DNA of 62,206 bases, counting the filler, from Hausera hauseri (lineage: Eukaryota), in the NCBI GenBank assembly GCA_046269625.1. It is 10 parts of 10 records of this genome, joined end to end, with 100 filler letters (N's around TTAATTAATTAA, not from the genome) between each part and the next. Parts side by side here need not be neighbours in the genome. Positions count along the whole stretch, not along the records: positions 46,930 to 52,820 come from JBJURY010172972.1; positions 52,921 to 57,330 come from JBJURY010594889.1; positions 57,431 to 62,206 come from JBJURY010440137.1; 7 more parts are not named here. One strand, written 5' to 3'. Below, in pieces: positions 52,001 through 62,206 of this stretch. A program made the translations under genes and the position numbers. The notes beneath the pieces are model-generated. The model had not been told where the DNA came from. It did no database searches and saw nothing but the letters and a program-made list of their open reading frames with translations. Each line of letters opens with the position of its first letter. Positions within the stretch are counted from its first letter, which is position 1.

Positions 52001-52614
52001 CTTATAACCTGGCCAAAGTGGGAGATAAAAGCCACTGATATCAAGACACCAAAGCTCCTCACAATGCATATTTGAAATAATCCACATCTTTTGGATTTTA
52101 TATGGCACATTTTTAATCCTGTGCACAATCCCAATACCTTGTCTCTGTCTGTTCATCACATCAGGGTGGAGACACAAATTGGGTATGATGAATCTCAGTG
52201 AATTTTGCGTTCATAATGCAATAGATTTGTAAATCTTCCAGCTAGAGAAAGTAAAAGAATAAAAACTACAAAGTCATCTTATTTTAAGTAAAAGAGGTGC
52301 AGTAGTTAATGCACTAGCTTACAAATTAAATGGTGTGGAGTCTCCAGATTCATTATTTCAGCATGATTATGCAATACAATGGATTTCCTCTCTTAGGGCT
52401 ACAATACTGGATCCGCGACATATCAATCATCCTCTTATCAGCCATACACAACATGCAGGAAGTAAAAATTTCCCACAATGTGTGTTATTAGAAGATTTCA
52501 AGCACCCAAGTAGGAAAAATTCTAAAATGTTTTTTGGTGAAACCATCATGACATTAGCATGCACAGCCTCAGGGAAATTACAATGTGTAATGTAAATTGT
52601 CCGATTCTCAATGG

Positions 52615-52820
52615 GAGTAGGAGGGACCATATCTCACCAGTTTTAGCTTCTCTCCATTGGCTCCCTGTCAAAATCAGAGTAGAATTCAAAATCTTACTTC
52701 TAACCTACAAAGCTCCCAACAACCTAGCTCCATCTTATATTACAGATCTTATTGTTCCATATTTTCCTAACAGAGCACTTCGCTCTCAGACTGCAGGTTT
52801 ACTTGTGGTTCCTAGAGTTT
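52615..52820 (+). mobile_element. L2 LINE ORF2 C-terminal fragment
   Basis: RRDHISPVLASLHWLPVKIRVEFKILLLTYKA..LAPSYITDL. Confidence 0.88.
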
Positions 52821-53723
52821 NNNNNNNNNNNNNNNNNNNNNNNNNNNNNNNNNNNNNNNNNNNNTTAATTAATTAANNNNNNNNNNNNNNNNNNNNNNNN
52901 NNNNNNNNNNNNNNNNNNNNCGAAGTCCATTGCTCGACCTCCTTTTCGGCCGGGGGAGGGGGTCATCTGCAAAATTTTTAGTGAAATGTTCGAAATAGCC
53001 AATCAGGTATGGAAAAGTGGTTAACGGACCAATCAGAGAAGTGCGGCAGAAATGACACTTCTACCTACTGCTTAGCAACGGTGCCTGTCGGCACCGTCAC
53101 CTATCACTCTACCGATCGATAGTACAGTGTGCACTACCGATTGGCACATGTGCACTATAGATTTATCGACGCGCACACCCCCGGGGGTGGGCCAGAATTC
53201 CCATTTTTATCCTACTTACTTTGTTTCGCAAGTAGACAGAATTTTGAGAAATTGCTTGACCTGTTTCATTCAGTATTTAAAGCCTAAATTTGACATTTTT
53301 CTCTTTTTGAAATCTCCTATTTACTAGGATATTCATATATGTGAAACAACGATTTTTATTTTTTGTTGACGTCAAATATAAGAATCAGTTGCATTCCAAA
53401 ATTATTGTCTATGCATCACTTTGCCAAACGTCATTCTATTCCATTGTATATTAATAAAAACCAAAGGTGATGAATTAAAAAGTGTGATTTATTCAAAATT
53501 AACCTGTCTAAACTTTCGATAATTTTCGATATTCATGCAAAAATGACCAAATTGAAAAAAGTCAAAAGAGAATAGCATTGAAAAAAATAAAAATATAAAT
53601 TAGGAATAATAAAAATTAGAAAAATACAATTAAAAATAATACATATTATATAAGATGGAATAGAAATACAAAATAACAAATTTCCAAAAGTTATAATAAT
53701 ATTAATAACGATCCTCCGGTTTG

Positions 53724-53994
<271 letters not shown>

Positions 53995-55639
53995 TTATAC
54001 GATACCCTTCTATTCGTACATACAGTTATGTACTCTAAATCCGAATTTTATGTCATAAAATGTACTTGTTACATCGTGAACAAACCTTGTTATTATAAAA
54101 TTATGGAAGCATTACACAAGTATGCATTTAATAAGACATTTTGTTTATTGTTTTCCAGTAACTTTTGGTAATTTAGTATGATTTAAAAAATTTTGTAAAT
54201 AATTTGTAGGGTTCGTCTACAAGTGCCAGTCACAACTCATGTCACTCACAATTCGTGCCGAAGTTATTTATTAAATATATTTTAAAAGTTATTTAGAAAC
54301 AACCCTAAATCTTAACCAATAATTTGTTTCTAAATAACTTTTAAAATATGTTGAATAAATGACGTCCATACGAGCTGCGACTGGCAAAATTTGTGATTGG
54401 CGCGGTTGCGAGGCCTCCAATTTGTAGATTTTAAATTTAGTGATGTCGTGGATCATATTTTCTTCAAAAATGTAAGTTACTTATGATTTCGATCCGTGTT
54501 TCATTTTTGTGTATTTTACCAGAACTTTTCAAATATTTTACAACGTTTTGAGTTCCTTAAGACGTATAATGAAAATTCTGTTTAATAATTTTAGTAAATT
54601 CATATTTTTATCTCGATAAAATTTTCGTCGAAAATTTCTGAAATAATTTTTCTTTCAAATTATTTCGCATACTTTACACCATTTTCTGATGAGATTTCAA
54701 AAAAGATATTTGTGTGTCCACCGTGAACTGCGGTCCCTTGGTCCGTTTTGGCTGAGCATGGCCAGGAGCGTCGGTTTCGCACCAATTGTGCCATTAGTCG
54801 GGACCTGTTTCTCCTTTTCAGGGGGTTTGCTGTGGTCACACCATCCAACCGGTTCGATTTTGTCGAATATTCAAATTTACAAAACGTCTTGGATAGAAAG
54901 TCTCATTTGTGGTTAAATCATTTTAGTGAAAATGGTTAATACTAAAACTAATGAAGCCGATAAAATGGGAAATCTACCTTCGATATTTTTCTAAATTGGA
55001 AATATCATTAATTCTGAAGCGGCATGATCCTTAAGCCTGAAATCAAAACAGACAAAACACAGTTTTATAAATAAATCGCTATATGGAAAAAAGTGTTAAA
55101 TAGATATCTTCAATATCTTATGACCAGGAACAAAAAATGATGGCGTTTCGTTCGTTAGAATCAAAAGTTCCCAAAATATTAAGCTATCCGAAAGAAAAGT
55201 CCTTCGATACGCGTAATTCTATATTCAGTCGTAATGTATCAAATCATACCAAAAAAGAAATCAATATGAATCTTTTGAACCGAAAGCTATACCCGAAATG
55301 GTACAAAACGACAATTCCCTTAGATTAACACAATTTAAGAAAAGTCGCATTCGACAAATGGGTAAAGAATTTACTTTAAAAAAAATTAAACATTTTTGAA
55401 AAATCCATTTTCATGAAAGTCGTAGTTATCAGCATTTCTTGGCAATATTATATGCAATTTATTGCGAAAAAAGGAATCGCAATCAGTTTTTTCTAATGTC
55501 AAGAGCTCAAACAAAATTTTGAAAATTATAACTATATACTCATGAGCGCTAGTGAAAAAAAAGATTATATTTTAAATACTGATCAACAAGACAATTTATA
55601 AAGTAAATAATTACAAATCTATTTCACTGCATACATCAT

Positions 55640-57216
55640 TAAGAAATGTCAAAAATGAGGGCCTGTCTTTTGTACTGGCAAGAAACATCACGAACCAAAC
55701 CACACACATAGTCCCCCATCATAGCCGCATCCTATCGTCCTGGTGGAACCATTCGCCATGTTCTTCACTAACAACTCCCAAATTCGATCTGAAGAAATCC
55801 AGATGTGAATGGAGAAAATGCGTCTTTATTGACATTCGGCATCCGAGACTCTCATATGCCTTCATCAAATTCTCAACAAGATCTTCATAATTGGCACTCC
55901 TGTTTTTTCCAAGAAATCCATTCACCACCCCTCTGAACGCCTGCCATCTTCTCTATCTCTTCACATTGCAACATGGCACGAATTTGAGGTAAGGTAAAAA
56001 CACCGACTTTGAGTTTTGCGTCTGAGTTTCGGGAACATAGAGCAAATGTATTGGAATGCAGTAGACTGAAAATCCAGTGCAATAACATACTGCTTGGCAA
56101 GACCGAGCTTTATATGCTAGCAGAACTTTAGTTGGAGCAATCAAGCTGTCATGACGGACGTTGCACTGACCAACAGTTAAGTCAGGGCGAGCAGGCCAGT
56201 CACGAGTAATGTAATGTCGATTCGAGGCACTGCTATCTCATAAGCATGTAACACTTTGCAAACGAAATAGAAACCCAATGATTTAAGTCTCCACATATCT
56301 CTAATTGAATCTTTCTATAGTTTATTTTTTCGAGAATAAGATTGATATGTTCATCATCTTCTTTCAAATGAGTTGAGTGAGCCATTGGTACAGATGGATA
56401 TTCATTTTTATTATGTAAAATAACACTTTTGAGGCTTCTAATTTAAGTGTCTATAAACAATCTCCATTCTTCCGGTAAATGTCTAAAGCCAATTTCTCCA
56501 AAGAGGCCATTTACGTCTGAGCAGAAAAATAAGTTTTCGGCAACTTAAAAATATTTAGCAAACGATTGGTGTCTGTTTCGATACTTGCATATTTTGCATG
56601 ATGAATCCAACAAATTCCACTATTTCAACCTAGATGTGAGCAATTCTGCACCGGATTTCGACAAACACAAGTCACTGACCAAGTCATCCATTTCTTTCAC
56701 ACTTGGAAAATGTGGCTGTTTGTCCGTATTATGATTTAACTCCTAATCATCATCACCTGTTGAGATATCTTTGTCGGACATTTCTGAGGAAACTGGTGGA
56801 ATTGGTACAGGCAGCTGATCACTATGAGGAACTGGTGCAATAGATGATGGTATATCAGGATATGCCAGCTTTGCCCTGTCTATAGTTTTCTTGTATTTAG
56901 AGATGTCCACTATACAAAAATAGCAGTCATTGATGTGATTTGTGGGTTCACGCCACACATGAGGGATGGCAAATGACATGTTTTTTCTATATCCTATTAA
57001 ATATCTCTTTAAAGCTGACCTGCAAGTTGCACAGGACATATGAGGTGCCCATTTCTTATATGGGTAATCAATGGCCATACCAAAATAAGCAGAATATGCT
57101 ATCTAGAGTTTAGTACCACGAGATAATTGATGTTTCGGCTGTTTCAGACCAATGTAGAAACCATAAATGTAATAAAATGCAGCTGGTGAATGCTAACAAA
57201 GTCTAGATGAAGCCAT
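55640..57216 (-). mobile_element. Degenerate DNA transposase, probably Chapaev-3 (CMC) type
   Basis: WAPHMSCATC, WREPTNHINDCYFC, PVPHSDQLPVP, WRLFID, ICGDLK, MSIKTHFLHSHLDFF..SEEHGEWFHQD. The superfamily name is from recall. Confidence 0.75.
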
Positions 57217-57430
57217 ATTTAAAATCACTTGTGTTTATCTATGATCAATCTATATAGATAAATCTATACTAAATATAAACAAAAATCATTTTTCAACAAA
57301 AAACGGTTGAAGTCAGGGAAAAACTGACAGNNNNNNNNNNNNNNNNNNNNNNNNNNNNNNNNNNNNNNNNNNNNTTAATTAATTAANNNNNNNNNNNNNN
57401 NNNNNNNNNNNNNNNNNNNNNNNNNNNNNN

Positions 57431-60400
57431 TCAATTGCCAAAAGAACTAAGGAAGAAAGTAAGAAAACCAACAAAAACAATGGTTAATATTGGTGCATTC
57501 GGCACAGAGGAGGAAATAAAAACCGTTTTAGACGTAGAATTCAAGATTTGCAATCAAACAATAAAACATACTATAGGAATAGCCAAGAATCTGACTAATG
57601 AAATCCTGAATGGATGCGTTGTTCTGAATCAATTAGAAAATGTATATTTCGATGTAAAAACCGCTCAACTTAAGGAATTTGGTAAGGAACAACATGAAAG
57701 GTCAGTATCACTAACAAAGGACATAATAATCCCAGCACGCTCTGAAATAATAGTACCTGGAGAAATAAAAGGTCGATTATTAGACATTAATGTACATTTT
57801 GAACCGTTTTCACAAATAATGGAAAAATATGACATCTTCGTAGCTCCGAATATTGACAAAATAATAGACGGAAAAATTCATCTAAGAATCTGCAACATTT
57901 CAAATAATAAAAAAGGTTGAGGAAAAATACAAGATTAGGACAAGTAACGGTTATCGAAGAAGTAACAAAAGAAGAAGTTAATTCAGTGATTACAGATGTG
58001 GAAGAAATTGAGAAAATGATGACCCGAAAAGTAATGAAGAAGACAAACCAAGAAAAAGGGGAGAAGAAACATAGTAAAATTAATTGGGAAGAGAAATTGA
58101 GAGAAAATCAAATGTTGTCAACGGAAGAAAAGGATATGTTAATTCAATTATTAAAAAAATGATAACCGGTTTGCCCAAAATGATTATGACTTAGGGACAA
58201 TGAATGTGATACAACACACCATTAAACTAAAGAAAGGACAGGACAAGCCGATAAAGAAAAGACCATACCGACTGGCCTATGATAAGAATCAGGAAGCGCG
58301 AAAAATCATAAAAGAAATGAGAGAGCACAAAATAATTCGACCAAGTTGCTCTCCTTGCACAGTACCAGTGGTGATGGTAAAAAAGAAAGATGGAGCCATG
58401 AGATTCTGCATAGATTATCTAGCACTAAATGAAATAACCGAGACAGACACATGCCCATTACTGAGAATTGATGAAATTCTGGATAAACTACATGGATCAA
58501 CAATATTTACGACTATTGATTTACAGAAAGGTTATTGGAAAGTAGAAGCAAAAGAAGAGAATAGAGCAAAAACGGCCTTTTCAATAGGCGAAGGTTTGTG
58601 GGAATTAACAGAATTCCGTTCGGACTAAAGAATGGACCACCAACATTCCAAAGAGGAACAGAATTATTACATGCTAGATGCACCTCATGCCATGGTATAT
58701 ATTGACGATGTGATCATAGCGTCATCCGATTTCCAACAACACCTAAAGGATCTGCAAGACTTTTTTGATAGATCTGAAATAATGGGTTTAAAAGTAAACC
58801 CAAAGAAATGTTCATTTTCCAAAGCTGAAGTGGATTTTCTTGGACACCGAGTCGATAGATATGGGGTAAAATCCCAAGATAAACTTCTGGGTAAGATTAA
58901 AGATTTTCCAAAACCAACTACGATCAGAGAACTACGTCAATTCTTAGGACTGACAAATTATTATCGACGCTTTATAAAAGACTTTAGCAAAATAGTTAAA
59001 CCCTTATATGAACTATTACGGGAAGATTTAGAAGAAGTACTATGGATAAACTGGTGTCAGGAAACTTTTGAAAATCTGAAGAATAAGTTATTGGCAGTTC
59101 TAATTTTAATCTACCCAGACATGACCAAACCATTCATATTAGCAACGGACGCAAGCGATTACGGAGTTGGAGCAGTTTTATCACAGAAGGGTGAAGACGG
59201 AAAAGAACACCTGGTAGCATATGCTTCAAGGAAGCTTAATAAACATCAAAGAAAATACTCGGTGATAGAGAAAGAACTGTTAGCAGTAATATTTGTGCTA
59301 GAAGTGTTTTCTCCATACATTGGCGAGAATAAAGCCTTGATAATATATACCGATAATCGACCCTTACAATGGTTGAAGCAACATGAAAACCCGAATAGTC
59401 GATTATTACGTTGGACTCTAAAGCTACAACCATACACGTTGAGTTTTCAGTATAAACCCGGAACACGAAACGCGAATGCGGACTATTTATCCAGACTGCC
59501 TGCTAAACTAGAAATGGAAAAAGCAGTAGTGGCGGCCGTATTGAGCATGGATGGATCGCCAGAGAAAATAAAAACTAATCAAAATGAAGATTCTGAAATA
59601 AAAGCCATTAGAAAGTACATACAAAGTAAGGTAATAACAAAGAATAAGGAATTAGCCCACCATCTGGCCAGGTTTAGCGAAGCATACGAGGAAAAAGAAA
59701 GGTTTTTATATTACATTGATCAGAATGGACCAACCCCGGTAATCCCTCTGAAAAACATAGCAGTATTGTTAACACAATACCATGACGGATTATTAGGAGG
59801 CCACCAGTCAGCACGAAAGACAGTAAACAAACTAAAAAGGAAATATTTTTGGCCATCGTTGGTAAAGGACGTACAAGAATGGTGTGTTAGCTACAAACTT
59901 TGCGCTACGCGAAGGAACACCGGATCCAAATTTAAAGCTCCCTCAAGGTATGGCATAATCCACCTGCTCCTTTTGAATTCACAGCAATGGATATTACTGG
60001 ACCATTACCGCTACCCAGGAATGGAAATAGATATATTGTGGTCTTCATTGACAACTTTACTCGTTGGGTTATTGCATTGCCGATGGCCGACATGAAAGCC
60101 GAAACAATATCTGAAAAATTCGTAGAAAATATTGTGTTTAACTACGGAGCACCACGAATACTACTAACCGATCAAGCATCTAATCTAACCGAGAACGTAA
60201 TGCAGGCAATATACAATATCATGAAAATATTGAAATTACGATCTACATCAGGACATCCACAGAATAACGGAATGGTTGAGATATATCGGAGATTTAAAAG
60301 GGATGCTGCAAACAGTAGTAAATACTAGACAAAATGACTGCGATGAATACATCAATGCATGCATTTTTGTGAATCGAACATCAGTACACGAGGCTACTAA

Positions 60401-60790
60401 AGAAACCCCCTTCTATCTGATGTATTTACGAGACGCAAGGCTACCCATTGATTTAGACTTTAATATAAAACCCACATCACATCTGATGGAAGTAGAATAG
60501 CATAAGCAACTAATGCAAGAACGTCTTCAGCTTACATATAAAGTAATAGAAGGTAACCAGAAGGATTATAAGGCGAATTAGAAAAAGTAGAAGACCAAAC
60601 AACCAAAAATCAAAGTAGGAGATAAAATGATGCTATACACTCCATTAAGAAAGGTAAAACATCAATGTTGGATAGACCTTACAAGGGACAATATAAAGTG
60701 GAAAAAGTGGATTTACCTAACGTCTGTCTAAAAAAAAATAATACCTCTCTTAAGGTCCATGTCAATAGATTCAAACCGGCAGCTAAAGAA
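57431..60790 (+). mobile_element. Ty3/Gypsy pol (PR end, RT, RNase H, integrase), degenerate
   Basis: VKKKDGAMRFCIDY, YIDD, LRQFLGLTNYYRRFI, LATDASDYGVGAVLSQ, HDGLLGGH, MDITGPLP, HPQNNGMVE, KVHVNRFK. Confidence 0.95.
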
Positions 60791-60833
60791 AGTAAACTTA
60801 GAAGAGATGAACAAGATATAGTAAGAAGTATTA

Positions 60834-62171
60834 ATGAGACTTTTACGGGGTAAAGAAATATTTTGTCATAATTATTCTTATGCATATTCCACAATCTCTA
60901 AGTCAGATGACAAAGCAAGAAATAGAGCGAGCAAAAATTCGACCTGTAATAGTTACAAACGAAGACTTACTATTAAAGAATTTACGATATCGAGTAACAT
61001 TCCAATAAAGGCCAAAAATGTATTACATGGCATACACTAAGTCGTATGACCACCGACTATATGGTAGAAATCCAATTAATACCTTCTGACGACGATCGAA
61101 GAAATCCTAATGAACGACAGTATGACTGTATACTCCCTCCGTGGATGAACCAAACACAATGTGTTGTGGAAGATTCAGGAATCCATTATGTATATTTCAC
61201 ACTTATAAAGAAGAAAGGAAAGTACTATCGAAGTCAAATAACTAAATTTTCAAGAATTATAAAAGTTACCACTAGACACGAAATGAATAAAACATTATTA
61301 CATGAAATAACAATAACCCAGTTATCGGCTAGGTCAATCGGATTTAAAAGCGGAATAAGTTGCATCGAAGTAAAGAGCATGATAAAATTGGAATATATAC
61401 GATGGATAACCATATTCATAAAAGAGATGAACGCTAAAACGAATGTAGTAACAAGATATAGAATAACGAATGAACAACCAAAAGTTTGTTGTAACGTTAC
61501 TAGAGGTAGAATATATGAACGGAACTATAAGATCTCTCGAAAAGAATATGGTAAGTTTCTAGGTAGTATAAAGAGGAAAGGTCCAATAATGTACGTACGA
61601 TATCAAAATCGAATCAAACACGAGGAAAAAGAAAACGTTACGGTACCAACTGTGCATCCCTCACCTAGTAAAAAGAATGATCAAAAGGACTATCTTAATT
61701 AGACCACACGCATCATATTACCGCCAAAAGCGCTCAATATGGGAAAACATAACGACCACAGCGGCGCCGACCGCACTAATAATATCACTAAAACCAGATC
61801 TCGATTTTTCAAAAATAAAATTTACACCAGATGACCTAATAGTGTCACGCTTGGCATTAACTTTAAATACTAGATATACGATTATCTTACAGCTGTTTGA
61901 TGACGCTAATAAGCTCAAACGAAAAGTGAAGTAGAGATAAAACTACCATTTAAGAAAGTAACCATTAGCCACTTGATAACCATAATTCCTCCAAGTACAG
62001 GATTACACACTCACGGTTAGAGATAAAATATTATGCACAACAATCCCAGTAGCAGTAATAATCATGACACTATTAGTAGTAAAATTAACCTGTTACCTAC
62101 GAAAACGTCGCAGGACAAACTGGATAAGAATAGACCTGCGACGTATACCGCAAGCCTTGGATGTAGGATAG
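60834..62171 (+). pseudogene. ORF3 after integrase: broken type-I membrane protein
   Basis: Hydrophobic N-terminus via frameshift (FVIIILMHIPQSLS), 218-aa and 85-aa segments, C-terminal TM ILCTTIPVAVIIMTLLVVKLTCYL then RKRRR, stop at 62171. Confidence 0.6.
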
Positions 62172-62206
62172 TCCAAGCTGACAAATACTGATAAAGATTA
62201 CGACTA

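Overview
This is not one locus. It is ten eukaryotic contigs joined by an artificial 100-bp linker (N44-TTAATTAATTAA-N44): 1-10033, 10134-14418, 14519-18868, 18969-23530, 23631-28234, 28335-33632, 33733-46829, 46930-52820, 52921-57330 and 57431-62206. The sources look mixed: teleost-like DNA, AT-rich invertebrate or parasite-like DNA with very short introns, and one bacterial-looking fragment. Most of it is decayed mobile DNA (Gypsy, ERV LTR, Tc1, piggyBac, Chapaev-like, hAT, Penelope, LINE/SINE, a Polinton/adintovirus remnant) plus host gene fragments (DPP3, SRSF1/9-like, ATG7, PDCD6). The stand-out is contig 3. It holds two diverged, inverted copies of a two-gene unit: a CRESS-type HUH endonuclease plus SF3-helicase-like Rep interrupted by two conserved 38-46 nt GT-AG introns, transcribed divergently from an unknown ~156-aa protein that does not look like a capsid, across a control region with conserved palindromes. 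This is a candidate new spliced rolling-circle replicon or mobile element. Second-tier finds are a Gypsy element with a non-env type-I membrane ORF3, a gene-dense virus-like contig with a TM-ankyrin receptor and a double-RING protein, a Polinton carrying a TRAF-type MATH gene, and a repeat built around the U2 snRNA 5' end. All family calls come from manual motif recognition; no searches were run.
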